Position numbers and translations under genes: made by a program
The notes under the pieces: model-generated
The model's input: only the letters and a program-made list of their open reading frames with translations
What the model was told of the DNA's origin: nothing
Database searches by the model: none
NCBI RefSeq assembly: GCF_009914755.1
Contig: NC_060942.1
Direction: 5' to 3' (one strand)
DNA length: 64,000 nucleotides
DNA from: the human T2T-CHM13v2.0 reference genome, Homo sapiens
Shown here: positions 32,261 to 47,399 of the stretch, piece by piece
Numbering within the stretch: position 1 is the stretch's first letter
Layout of the letters: the number at the start of each line of letters is the position of its first letter

Positions 32261-33139
32261 ATTTCCGATAAAGGCAGAGCCTGTGTTGCAACCATGAGCT
32301 CATGAGTTAGTCTTCAGGAGAGGGCAACGGACTCTTTATTTGCAAATGCATCATGGGTGATTCCGATGCTCAGAGAGTGTTCATGGCCACAGGCTAAGTG
32401 CCCACTTTCTCTGAAAGGACACTTCTGCATGCCCTTCTTGCCAATTCCACTTACAGGCTTGATTTGGACTACATTTCGTCTACATACTTTATGTCAAAAG
32501 TCCATTTAGTATATTCTCCTGAATCCCTTTTCTCAACACATTGAGCACATGAAAGCAACTGGAAGGCCTATCACTTTTCTACAACTTCAGCGCTTTTAAA
32601 AACCACACATTGCATTTTGTGTGCTGCAAATGCTGTCATAAACAATTCAAGCTCAACTACATTCTTTAAACTGGTCTAAGCAGAGTACCTGTTAGGATTT
32701 CCATTCCTGTATTTAAGGGAAGAACAGAAATGTAAATGACCCACACTTTGCACACTCTTTTGTATAGGATTCCAACACAGCATGAATTTGAGGTGAAGAG
32801 TTCTGAATCACAGAGTGCTATTCGGGAGGTTTTCGTTATTTGTACACTAGTAAATGTATGCTGCTTTTTGCATTCTTTCTTTTACAGAAGAGAGATTTTA
32901 AAAAGAAAAATATGTCCCAATGAGTGTATCAGCTTCTTGATTTTGCCAAGAAACGTTATTTCTGTCCAACACAGAGAGAAAATAGTGCACAAAAAGAGAG
33001 TAGTAGTGAGAATATGATAGATAATGCACAAAAGATGGGATCAGAATACATAAGGGAAATCTACAATTTAATCTTAAAATAAAGATCAATAACCTGGTAG
33101 TAATATGGGCTATGTTTATGAAGAGGAAGACCACTTAAG

Positions 33140-34050
<911 letters not shown>

Positions 34051-37000
34051 GGTGCAGCAGGATTTCACGGTCACTTCTGATGAGTGGGCAGAGGGCTGCA
34101 ACTTGAGGTTCTGAAAAGGAATATGAGTCTTGTCTTTAATGCTGAAACCTTGCATCAAAGTGAATTGTATTCACATGTTACATGGGTAAAGAAACTATTA
34201 ATAATTCAAAAACAATATTGATTATAAGCACTATCTGGTACATATACAAATATCTGAAAGGATGAAATGATTCTGATTTGTTGAATGCAACTTTGTAGAG
34301 CCTTATTCTGTTTTCTGACTTTGATGTTTTGTTTTTCTAATTATTTTGAAGTAATTGGATACTTTCAAATGTACTATCTCGTTGGTTATTTCCAATTTGT
34401 GAGGTAGTGAAAGGCAGGAGGGGTGGGGAGATGATGTAACTGTATTGGAAACTGATTGGATGATGGCACTGACGTACACAGGAGAGTACAGAGTGATCCA
34501 AGGTTTCAAGTGTGGATGCCTGGAAGAAAACAGGGTTTTGGGGGTGAGTCAGGAAGAGGTGTAGGTCTGGGTAAGAAAGTGAGGGGTTGAATTATGTACA
34601 CTGGTCTTTTGCCACCCATGTGACCTTGGAAAGCAGATCTCCCTATTTCTTTGCCCATGGCTCACAATTGGCAGAATCTAAATTAGAACTGAGGTCTTCT
34701 GGGGTCAGGTTCACCATATCACTCTTGCTTCTTGTGTCTGTGACTGACAAACTTAATATAATCCTCTTCAAATCATCTGTTTTGGATTAGCCCCACGTGG
34801 TTACATGCCGAAGATGCATTCACCTGGGCCAGATGTGCCTCACTCATCTTAGACTTACACAGTGCACTATATTCTTGCTACCATCCAGCACTCTCAGCCT
34901 CTCCAGGTCCAAACACATCCCTGAGGTCTGTGCTGGGGAACTGGGAGAAAGATCAATTACCCAACATCTTGCCAACCATATCACAGGCCCTTAGACTAGA
35001 TCATCCTGTGATCAACAAACTGGGTTATTCAGTTCAAAGGAAAAACATTCCACATTAAGATATGAATTAACAAAAAATGTTTTTCTAAATCCATGAAATA
35101 AGGAGTTGCCTTTTCAAACCTCTCATCAAATTCATAATACAATACAAATAAATACACATCAATGGGGGAAATCTCACCAAAGTCTTTTTCATTCTTATAC
35201 ATTTCTTTAGACTGTATTGACTGTATTTTCCCCCCACTCTCAAATTATAGTTTGACTTCATTAAGCAAAGCAGCAGAGTTTTTCCCTGGAAGAAATAAGA
35301 GACAAGGAATAGCAGGTAGCCTGCGTATTATGAAGTACTAAGGAGGAATCCATATCCCTTTGGCATTCTTGTGCTGTTTTCAGCCTCTCAAAGGAACAGA
35401 GGACAGACGTCTTGGAAGGACGGGGCCTCTGGGGACATGGCTGGGTGACCTCTTCTCTCAGCTGAATCTGATGTTGGCAGAGACTGAAAGACACTGTGCA
35501 AGTTAGTGATCCACGAAATCATGGCTAATCACATACGCAGTTATATATTTTTAAATGTATCATGAGAAATTCTTGTAAAAGTTTATGCAAATGTTAAATG
35601 AAAGAAAACCAGGAACATCCTTGGAAACCGTGGAGGCATCATGAGGAATATGATTCTGCTAAACAAGAAAGATTCAGGACCACTGTTCCCTTGCCACCCA
35701 CGTGATCTTGAAAAGCAGTTCTCCCTATTTCTTTGTCCATAAACTAAGAGAACAAACTGCTTCATAAATTGTTCCCAGAATCAAATGAAATATTTGTACA
35801 TAGATTAGTTCTTATTGTTGAGGAAAACTATTTTTAAAAGACAGCATTGTGGAATTTTTGAAATCTGCATTTAATTATCTCTAGAATTGTAAACAGAAAA
35901 ACATTCTTCATTACATAATTACAGCTACACTTACTGGGAATAAACTCCAAGTTGGTATTTAAGAAGACACAATCAATCAATACACTGTCTCCACAGCCAA
36001 ATCATTAGGTTGCTGACCTCTGTAGCTCAGACTCTTTTCCATTAAATAAACTAAGAAGCTAGCGTTCTGGGTAATGACTCAATTTTTGTTACATTTTTTT
36101 TTGAAATATTGTGAAGTCTTCCTTGGTACAACTTAGCTTTCTCTGATCAAACATAATCTTCACAGAAATGCTAACCCAGGCTCTGAAGTTAAACATCTGT
36201 ATTTATTTTTAAGGTGTTTGTCCAGATTAAGTATATACCATTGAATTTAGATCATAATCAAAGCTTAAACAAAAATTAGAACATCCTCATGCAAATCTTT
36301 AAGAACCTGAGAATAAACCTTTGGATTAAGCTTTAGCATTTTAGGTAAAATCTTTTCTAGGTAAGGACTGAGACTGCACAGTGACCAAAACCTGTTGGAG
36401 AGGGGAATATCTCACTCCAATGAGGTGTTCATAGGTAAGAATCAGAGGCCTTGGAGAGCCGAGAGATGGTGTGTCATCCCTCCTTGTCTAGTCTCATGGA
36501 CTGAGTTTAAATCTTTAGGAGGATCAGTTCTTTCCAGAAGATGCTTTCTGACATTGAACACAAGTAGAACTCCTTTGGCATCTAGGTGAAGAACTGGGCC
36601 AGAGTTTGAGATAGTGTCATTTTTACATTTCTGCATAGACCCCAATATGATCTTGCAATTCACAATAGGGGCTTGGGAGCATGAGTAGGCAAAACTCAAA
36701 TGTTGGGGACTTTGGTATCCTCCAAAGAAGCAGCAGGCTCCTTTAAACAGCTTTGCAGGCAACAGGCAAGGACATAAGGAAGCATGTCAGTGATAATGAG
36801 CTGAAGAACACTCTGCTAGCTCATGTGAGACACAATCAGATACAAGACTCCTTTAAACAAGACCAGGCTTTAGGGGAATGGGCTGAGTCCTGTGACTAGG
36901 CCACATGCCAGGAGATGGGTGATTAAGAGCATTAGGATTTGTGACAATTGTGTAGAGACTAGAACTGGAATATAGCATATCAATTTTAGCTAGTTACCTA

Positions 37001-37140
37001 CATAGATGGATGTGTGGAACCTCAAAGAGAAAAAGAAAAGAAAAAAATGTTGAAAATATAATAAAATAGCATTTGGTGCATCTGTTAATCTCTTACTTAC
37101 CTATTTCCCAAGACTATTTAAATGTCCTTCTCTTTAAACA

Positions 37141-37435
37141 CAGTCATGCATTACATAAGGACATTTCGGTCAATGACAGACAACATATACGAAAGGGATC
37201 CCACAAGAATGTAAGAGCATATTTTTACTTACATATTTTGCTTACAGTATTCAGTATAGTCATATGTTGTACAGGTTTGTTGCCTTGGACAGTAGGCTAC
37301 ACTGTGTAACCTGTGTGTAGTAAGTTCTGCCATCTGGGTTTGTAAAAACACACCCTATGATGTTGGCACAATGATGAAATTGCCTGATGTCACAGTTTTC
37401 AGAACACAGCCCTGTTGTTAAGCAATGCATGAGTG
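37141..37435 (+). mobile_element. Tigger3a (MER7-type) MITE
   Basis: CAGTCATGC...CGGTCAATGACAGAC...GTTAAGCAATGCATGAGTG-TA termini. Confidence 0.85.
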
Positions 37436-37529
37436 TACTTTTATTTTATTTTCCCCTTTTCACCAAAATTTAATAACTTTAGTTATCTTTACCATAACTC
37501 TCTCATGAACATTGATGTAAATAAAACTC

Positions 37530-38810
<1,281 letters not shown>

Positions 38811-38869
38811 GCAGTGTCAATACAGCAGCGCCATCACTGCTTATAAAAGTGAAGACTCCATACAAGGTA

Positions 38870-39170
38870 GAAATCTACAAAAATGAGTTGATTGTTTTAA
38901 GTGCTGTGTATTTATACAATGGAGTGATGTGGATCTCTATATAAAAATGTCTAGGCTATATTGTAAAGGAAAAGATGGTTCACAAAAATGTTATGCATAG
39001 AATCACGCCATTTCTGTAAACATATAATGTGTAAATTCATAGAAAAAACTTGAATCAACATATATCAAACTATGCAGCAGTAATCATCTGTGAATGTGGA
39101 ATTATAATTGATTTTTACTTTATTCTTTATGTATTTCTAATATTTTTTGAAAATGAAAATATATTAGCTG
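38870..39170 (+). mobile_element. L1ME 3' UTR fragment
   Basis: ATATTGTAAAGGAAAAGA...CCATTTCTGTAAA...CATAGAAAAAACT...TTTTTACTTTATTCTTTATGTATTTCT. Confidence 0.55.
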
Positions 39171-41254
39171 TTATTTGATATACTTGCCATTAAGATTCTC
39201 TGGTCCAGCGTGTCTTCCTCCACAGATGGTAGTATAGGGTGCAGATGGCAAGTTTTCAGTTGTATTGTAGCAATGCTAGGAAGTCAAATATTTAGAATAA
39301 GATATTCCCTATTTCCATGAAACATAGAAAGAGTAAATCTATTACAAGGAAGAGAAGAACATAATCTAAAACATGAGCTGCGCCTGCCCCAGTGTCTGCT
39401 CCATTATGGAGTACTGCTGCTAGGGGAACAAGAACTCTGCAGAGAGCACGAAAAATGGTCCAAAATCCTCACTGCAGTACAGATAATGGAATGAAAGAGT
39501 GAAAATATTTCATGTGCAATTATGGTAGCTTGTTTTTTCCCGATGATATGCAGCAGGGATCAGATCTTCTTTCAATAGTAATTTATGATTAATTTTGTGA
39601 TAAAATTATGAATGTGTTGTAAGAACTGTAAAAATCAATTGAATATGTTAAGTTGAATCATATGAGGGGATATATAACAGTAGGCTTGGTGCAGTTAAGG
39701 GAAATGGAATTATTGGAGCCCCACCCTGGGACTGTTCCCACTGCCAAAGCTGAATGTAAGTCAAGCTCGAACCACAGGAGATGGAAGCCATAAGACCCAT
39801 CCCAGTGTAAAGGTGTGCACGGGGTGTAACACACCAGGACAATCCTTCCCACAGTGAGGGACAGGTAACCTAGGGGTAGGCAAAGCTTGAGAGTCTGAAC
39901 AGTCAGGCAGTGATGTCAGAGAAGCTGGATAGAAGGTAGTAGGACCCTAGAGTCCTGTGGGGATGCAGTGGGGAGGTTGGGAAGACTCATGAACAAAAGA
40001 AGCTCCACTCCTAAAGGACCCGAGTTGATAGATGGACGAAAGATGGAGTCAGCCACTACTAAGGCAAAAGCCTAATTGTAAGAACTGCGTCCCAAGACCA
40101 TGGAAGAACGCCTATCCTAAGGGACCTGATTCTGCATCAAGCTGCTTCAGGGCTCCCTATCTAAGGTGCCCACTGGTCCTGAATATTGTGTGTGGGAGCC
40201 AGGAAAGGGGGGAACATTCAGACTACAGCTGAAGTCCAAGGAGTCCCCACCTTCAGGAGGATGCAGATGACAGTTTGAGTATCTTTAGAACTAAAGGAGA
40301 AAAGGTTATTTATAATGTATGCATTAAAAAAGTAAGAATGCAGGTAATTGGCTAAACAAAAGAGAACATAAAAATAAAATTTCTCCCAAACAATAGGGTC
40401 CTTAAAGCAAAGCCTATGGTAGCAAGATCATGGTCGTCTCTCTGTCCATCTCCACCATGTCTACAGCCAGCTGCTGGCCGTGCACATGGCAGTCAGACTA
40501 AAGCATTCCGCATTTCTGGACCTCTTCCAACTGCACTGGGCTGGGGTGTGTGCCGGATAAAAGGCTGGCCAAATACCACTGCTGGAGCCTCAAAACAATG
40601 GTTTTACGGTGAAGCGTGAAGCCCATCCTGGAGTGCCAACATTCCCGTCTGGGGGGCCATTTGCAAAAGTGCACACATGCCATGTTTTAATTTTCAGAAA
40701 AGGTACACACTTTGAGTGCATGGTGATGTAGGTAGAACTGCACATGTGTGCTCATCAATGCAGGGCTATTATTTATTCTGAAATACTTCACGTTGTTGCT
40801 TACTCTTCTTAGCTTAAGCCTAAATTGCATGTGAGCACTTCTTTAAAAGGCTGCTTCTCTACAAGAGTGCAGCAGTGGGTTGATCCTCTCCTAGGGAGAC
40901 TCATCAGAATCTCCATGGGGCCTCTGTCTTTGAAAAATCATATTCAGTTTCACACAATTTTATATTGGAAAAAAATTGTAAGGCCTGGTGTCATCATATC
41001 AATGGCAGAAAATAAGTTAACAAAACGTTTTTGGCAAGAAGATTTGGGTAAGGTGAACCACATTTGACTTTCTTTGTAATGGCATCTGTTTGGTTGGCAA
41101 TATTCTCCATCTTCCAACTCCATAAGATCGGGAATTCCTGGAGGACAGGGGTAACAGCAAAAATAATGCTTTCTACATTCACACAGGCTTTGACAAGGTG
41201 TTGAAGAGCTTTCCCTACTAGATTCAGCATGCTGAAACAGGGAGCTGCACCGGG

Positions 41255-41430
41255 ACTGTGGACACATTGCCTGGATTCCAGACCTAGCTCCCCCAGGACA
41301 AAACTGCATGACTTCGGGCAAGTACCCTCATCTATAACATGGCGACAATAATACCTCATCCTCCTAGGGCTCATAACCCTCATATTGAGTGTGTTAAATG
41401 AGTTTTGTAGAAAAAACACTCAGCATAGTT
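41255..41430 (+). mobile_element. MIR
   Basis: TGACTTCGGGCAAGTA...CTCATCTATAACATGG...AATAATACCT...TTAAATGAG. Confidence 0.7.
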
Positions 41431-41479
41431 CCGAGCTCCTAGGGGTTGAGATAGAAATATGGGTTGTTGTCACTGGCCA

Positions 41480-41650
41480 TGGGACACACGTGTACTTGTG
41501 TGATCCTTGTAACGATCCTGTGACCATCATGGAGGTCAGCTCCATTTTGCACAGAAGAGAAACTGGGTCACAGGAAGTCTTGCCTAAAGCCTAGCAGCTA
41601 CTGAGAGATGGAGCTAACTCTAGGTCCTAGCACTCCAGACACTGCCCTTT
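41480..41650 (-). mobile_element. MIR
   Basis: CCATTTTGCACAGAAGAGAAACTGGG...CTTGCCTAAAG...CAGCTA. Confidence 0.7.
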
Positions 41651-42563
41651 ACAGGACCTAGGGTACGTTTTGTTTTCATTCCTGTCAAGGAATTGATTAC
41701 AAAAATCTTGCTGTTAACTTGGGTCCTTTTTCAGTCTACATCAATCTAGGAGTAAACAAGGTTAACAACAATGTTGTGAAGTAGCGTTTCTCTGGCCCAG
41801 ACTCACCAGCAATTTGGAAGATTCCAGCCCCCATAAAATTTGCTTGAGCAAGTCTGGGAGTCTCAGGACTGTATGATAGGTCCTCACACATAAGTCTGCT
41901 TAGCTATCACTTGATGAGTGACTTTTTCAACATTGACTCCACCTGCCGTGGGGATGTTTCAGCCAAAGCTGCCACCCCAGCGCACCTTCCCCCACCTGCT
42001 CACACTCCCTCAACCCAAGCCTCGGCTGCAGCGGCTCCTACTCCAGCTGCTGGGCTGTCTGTCTCACCAGCCCTCCGCCTAGGGCAGGACATAGCCCAAA
42101 CCTAGGCTAAAGCTGTGACCCATTACTCATGTCGAAAATCAGGAACTTAATTCCTTCTCAATCAATATATTAATTCTTTATTAGTAATAAAATGTTAAAG
42201 TATACCTTTCAAAAATGCAAAATCATGACTCTCAGGCAAATACAAAATAAGCACACGTCAAAGACGTTTACTCAAACTCATTAATTAAAGAGGGAGCCAG
42301 TAAGTTGTTATGACCACTTCCAAAGGCATTATAGAAGCGAAGGCACTTATGGGAGGATAAAATTTCTGGCTTAGACACAAAATTGATCAATGCCCACTAG
42401 GCCTGTAAAGAAAGCAACTATTATTCTAGTGAAGTGTAGAATCTCTCCTATCAAGTCGGTTATAGAAAAGGTAAAAAAAACAAAAACAAAAACAAAAAAA
42501 ACCTCTTCATACATCTTATTAAGGTTTCTAAGAATTGACCATCTAAATAGAGAGAAACCCAAG

Positions 42564-42759
42564 TTTTTTTTTACCTTGAATATATGTAATTTTTATTTGT
42601 CGATTAGACCACAACATAGTTAAAAAAAAAAAAAAGAGAGAGCATATGGAAAAGTAGGGAGGGAAATGAATACAGCAGAAAAGATTGATTAACTTAAAAC
42701 TGAGTTCTTGAAAAAGACTAATAAGATTCTTTTTTTTTTTACCCTTTTTAAAAAATTTG
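42564..42759 (-). other. L1 3'-transduced flank with its own poly(A)
   Basis: Lies between the L1PA tail and the left copy of the 17-bp TSD GAGAAACCCAAGTTTTT (42552-42568 / 43043-43059); minus-strand AATAAA at 42597-42592. Confidence 0.85.
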
Positions 42760-43043
42760 TTTTTTTAATTATACTTTAAGTTGTAGGGTACGTGTGCACA
42801 ACGTGCAGATTTGTTACATATGTATACATGTGCCATGTTGGTGTGCTGCACCCTTTAACTCGTCATTTACATTAGGTATATCTCCTAATGTTATCCCTCC
42901 CCCCTCCCCCCACCCCACAACAGGCTCCCGTGTGATGTTCCCCTTCCTGCGTCCAAGTGTTCTCATTGTTCAATTTCCACCTATGAGTAAGAACATGTGG
43001 TGTTTGGTTTTCTGTCCTTGCGATAGTTTGCTCAGAATGATGG
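42760..43043 (-). mobile_element. L1PA4/5-like 3' UTR end (~280 bp, 5'-truncated)
   Basis: TTATACTTTAAGTTGTAGGGTAC...GTGCCATGTTGGTGTGCTGCACC...TTGCGATAGTTTGCTCAGAATGATGG. Confidence 0.95.
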
Positions 43044-43948
43044 AGAAACCCAAGTTTTTACATAACGATATTTGGAAAAGTTTCACAAGATTTTTTCATC
43101 TCCTTATGAATAAATCTATCAAAAATTGGTCAACTTTGGCAAAATTTTAATATATTTTATTACATCTTTCAGATTCACTGTTATAAATCAAAACAGATTA
43201 TTTACTAACCTTCTACAAGTTTCCATATGAATGCAGATTTTGTTTTTCATTATCTTATCTAACTTTCTGGAATAGCCTAATGACACACCTCTTCTACATT
43301 CTTGTTAACTTACTAAAGAAGAATATATCAAACAAAAAAATAGCCCTTACTTGCACAGTTAGATTTCTCTGTTAATATTCCTCATAACAGGGTCTCAGCT
43401 ACCAGTACAAGTTATAACTTAAAAGCTAACTAACTCTTATTACAAGAAAAAACTGGGAGGCAGAAAATTGAGAAGTACCTGTTGTGTGTAAGTATTTCAG
43501 CAGACGAGCAAAGCTAGCAAATGCACACAACACTATTTTGCACAGCCACATAAATCTTTTTTACTTCCTTCCTAAGTGGCATCAGAAACAGCTTTATTAA
43601 TAGGACATTATAGCATATGAAAATAAGAAGGAAAAGTATGTAATTTTAACATGTTTAGTAAGATTTCAGTATTCAATTTTACTAAGAAAAAAGTGTTTCA
43701 TAGTCTAAGGAACTTGGGCTATATAAAAGGTAACAATTTCTGTTGATATAAAGGTTTGGTGAATAATTATTTAACTTACTTGAACACAAATGTATTATTT
43801 CTATAATCTTAAACATGATGTGGTAGCAGTATTTGCTTTTTGGTCAGTAAGGCAATAAAATGTTTGAAGAATTCAATATAAAACAAATTTCGTGAAGAAA
43901 GTGTGAAAACTCAGAATGTTATAAAGTCATACACAAGAGTTTATTATT

Positions 43949-44105
43949 CACAAATGCAATAATATACATATATGTTATTGCATATATATGCAATATAATA
44001 TATTGCATATATACACAAATGCAATAATATACATATATTATTGCATATATATGCAATATATTATATTGCAATATATAATATATGTGTGTATATATATACA
44101 TATTT
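43949..44105. repeat. AT-rich palindromic tandem repeat (period 65 bp, ~2 copies)
   Basis: CACAAATGCAATAATATACATATAT starts at 43949 and at 44014. Confidence 0.9.
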
Positions 44106-44223
44106 ACTATCTTTCATCTTTACTTTCTTGTACTTTTCTTTTATATACCTTTCTTGGCATAATCTCCTCCTCCTCTGTTCCTATATTTATGCCAAACATA
44201 TCTTCGAGGAAACCAGAATTGAT

Positions 44224-44239
44224 CACACACACACACACA

Positions 44240-44280
<41 letters not shown>
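44224..44280. repeat. (CA)n microsatellite
   Basis: Read directly; CA resumes at 44387-44398. Confidence 0.95.
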
Positions 44281-44282
<2 letters not shown>

Positions 44283-44387
44283 CAGGAGGTGGGCAGCCAG
44301 TGAGTGAGCATTACCACCTGAACCCCACCTCCTGTCAAATGAGCAGTGGCATTAGATTCTCATAGGAGCGTGAACCCTATTGTCAAC
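44281..44387 (+). mobile_element. Internal MER1B fragment without terminal inverted repeats
   Basis: AGCAGGAGGTG...GAGCATTACCACCTGA...GCATTAGATTCTCATAGGAGCGTGAACCCTATTGT. Confidence 0.88.
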
Positions 44388-44619
44388 ACACACACACAAT
44401 ATTACTCCTGCCTGTGCAACACATTCAAATTATCCCTCCTTTTCTGAAATCTTTTTTCCTTAATTCACAACCAAATATGGTGATGGCTGAAAAAGTTAAT
44501 AGATCACTAAAACGAAATTACTGGTAACTAGCATTGTAGGTGGCTATAGCAGTTAGGTGAATGGGAACGGCTTCTCAGTTATCAGCAAATGTAACAAAAG
44601 ATTGCCATTAATATACATT

Positions 44620-45310
44620 GCTTGCAGATAATGTGTAGAAAATCCCAAAACATCAGAAAAAATACTCCCGGAACTAATAAGTGATTATATGAGTGTTGTA
44701 GGATATAAGGTTAATATACAAAAGTCAGCTACTTTCCCCTTTCTTAGGAATGAACAATTAGAATGTGAAATTAAACACAGCACCATTTACATTAGCATTA
44801 ACAAACAAATGAAATACTTAGGAATATATTGAACAAAATATGTATAAAAACCTATGTAAGGAAACTATAAAAACTCTGATGGAGGAAATCAAATATCTAA
44901 CTGCAACCATATGGCACTCTGGAAAAGGCAAAACTATAGAGATAGTAAAAAGATCAGTGATCGTCAGCAATTTAGAGAAAGGACACAGAGGATGAAAAAA
45001 CAGGACGTAGGGGATTTTGGGGGTGATGCAGCTAATCTGTATGATACTGGAATGGTGGATGCATGACCATGTACATTTTCCAAAACCCATATAATTATGT
45101 AACATAGAATGTAGCCTAATGTAAACTTTAGACTTTAGCTGATAACAGTGTATCAATACTGGTTCATCAATTATGACACATATACCACACTAATGCAAGT
45201 GGTTTATAATGGGGGAAACAGGAAGAGAAGGGGGGTAGGGAAGAGAAAATATACTGGAACTCTGCACTGCTCTGTAAACCTAAATGCTACCCTGACACAT
45301 ATTTTTTTAA
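44620..45310 (+). mobile_element. L1MC2/3-like ORF2 end plus 3' UTR (internally deleted)
   Basis: GGAACTAATAAGTG...AAGGTTAATATACAAAAGTC, then CTGGAAAAGGCAAAACTATAGAGA...TATCAATACTGGTTCATCAATT. Confidence 0.85.
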
Positions 45311-46400
45311 AATAAGTTCAAGACAGTTTGCAAAACAGACTAATTCTACAGATGTGACCTCCTAATAGGATATACTATCTACTGGCAATCATGTAACATT
45401 GACTTTTAAAACAAGGAAACCAATAATGCTTCCTCTTTGGAATGTTGGTATGTTTGATCTCAATAATCAATGAATTTACGTCATAATGGGATCTGTTTTT
45501 TTGTGAAACAAGTTGGGAAGGTGGGAGCAAAGTGGAGCTTTTCTAGCACCAGGAGTAGCTGTGGGATCCTGCATGCTGAGATCTCCTCCTTCTCTCTGTT
45601 TTCTCTAAATCAAGGCTACAGTAGAACTTTGGGGCATCAAAGAAAGTAATTGCAGGGCAATAAAGTGAGGTGGGTGTTAGAAGATTAAAAGTGAGTTTAT
45701 ATATCTGGACTATATCTCTTTTAGAAATAGGTCATGGTGGTGTGCACATGTGTCTATGTGTGAGAGCATATACGTGCACACACACATGCATTTTTAATGG
45801 TCCTCTTATCAATTATTAATATAAACTGAAAGCTATCACTTTAATTGCTTTTCTGGTGTGTGATTTTTCAGTCCTGGATATTGTATGATTGTGATGACTA
45901 TCTACATTAGTATATAAAAACAAAACTAGGTGATATAAATAAAATTTTAGCAGAGCATAAATTTTATGCTTTTTAGAGAATTATGATCAGAGCTGTTATA
46001 CATTATATTTGCTAAAAAACAGAAGAAAAAGTAACTATGGGGCCAAGCAGAAAGAGAATTAAAATACAGGAAAAAGACATGAATAAGTAAGGACAATCTT
46101 GAATAATGCATAGTTTGCGAAAACTAGTATAGAGAAGATGACCAAAACACCGGTATTCACCTGTTTATGTTCAAACATAATTTACTGTAGTTTCCCTCTT
46201 TGAGAAGATTTCATTACACATATAGACTAGTGTGATAATTACTTTTATGTGTCAACTTGACTGGTCTGTGGGATGCCCAAATGTTTGGTTAGGGATTATT
46301 CTGGGTGTGTCTGTGAGGGTGCTTCTGGGTGAGATGAACATGTCAATGAGCAAAGCACACTGGCCTCCCCTGTATGTGCACTTCATCTAATCCCTTAAAG

Positions 46401-46749
46401 CGAGAGTTCCCAACACCCAGGCCACGGACCAGTACCTGTCCATGGCCTCTTAGGAACAAGGCCACACAGCAGGAGATGAGCAGCCAGCGAGTGAGCATTA
46501 CCACCTGAGCTCCTCCTCCTGTCAGATGGGCAGCTGCATTAGATTCTGTTGGGTGCGTGAACCCTATTGTGAACTGTGCATGTGAGGGATCTAAGTTGCA
46601 TTATCCTTATGAGAATCTAACTAATGCCTGATGATCTGAGGTGGAACAGTTTCATTCCGAAACCATCCCTGCCCCCTCAGCCCCCAGTCCATGGAAACTT
46701 TGTCTTCCATGAAACCAGTTCCTGGTGCCAAACAGTTTGGGGACTGCTG
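46401..46749 (+). mobile_element. MER1B hAT MITE, full length
   Basis: 8-bp TSD CCTTAAAG (46393-46400) / CTTTAAAG (46750-46757); ends GGTGCCAAA...GGGGACTGCTG. Confidence 0.92.
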
Positions 46750-46959
46750 CTTTAAAGGCCTGAATAGAACAAAGGGCTGAGCAAGAGAGAGTTCATTTTC
46801 TCTCCCTGACTGTCTTCAAGCTGGGACACTGGTCTTCTCTTGCCTTCAGACTTAGACTGAAACTTACACCATTGGATCTCCTAGTTCTCAGGCCTTCAGA
46901 CTACAAAGCTTGGAGATTCTGTCTCCAGATTCATGTGAGCCAATTCTTCATTGAATTGA

Positions 46960-47208
46960 GATATATACATACCTCCAATTTAATGTGTGTGTATGTGTGT
47001 GTGTGTGTGTATAGACCATAATTCTCTAAAAATACACACACAGAGACATATATATACACATATACACACACATACACACATATATATGTATATACAAGTA
47101 TGTACATATGTGTACATTTATATGTGTGTATATATATATTTATGTATATATACATATGTATATGTGTGTGTATATATATGTGTACACACACACATATACA
47201 TACATACA
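46960..47208. repeat. Compound (TG)/(TA)/(CA) low-complexity tract
   Basis: Read directly. Confidence 0.92.
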
Positions 47209-47399
47209 TCCTGTTGGTTCTGCTTCTCTGGAGGACCCTAATACAGCTTGATATATAATTATATCATAAAGCCTAATGATAATCCCAATAATTTTTAAAT
47301 CTAAAAATCAGAAAAAAGAGGTTTTCTCAAAATTATAAAGAAAGGAAGAAGAGCTATAGACACACCTTCATAATGCATAAAATCATATAATTCAGGTGA

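Larger units (their letters stand above)
42130..43800 (-). mobile_element. Possible ERV1 (MER4-group) internal AT-rich fragment, host of the L1PA insertion
   Basis: TTTACTCAAACTCATTAATTAAAGAGGGAGCCAGTAAG and AACCTTCTACAAG...GAAAAAACTGGGAGG resemble MER31/MER34/LTR37-type internal sequence; recognition from memory only. Confidence 0.4.
46231..47245 (+). mobile_element. MLT2D-like ERVL solo LTR (contains MER1B and an expanded microsatellite)
   Basis: TGTGATAATTACTTTTATGTGTCAACTTGACTGG...CCTGAATAGAACAAA...CCTGTTGGTTCTGCTTCTCTGGAGGACCCTAATACA. Confidence 0.9.
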
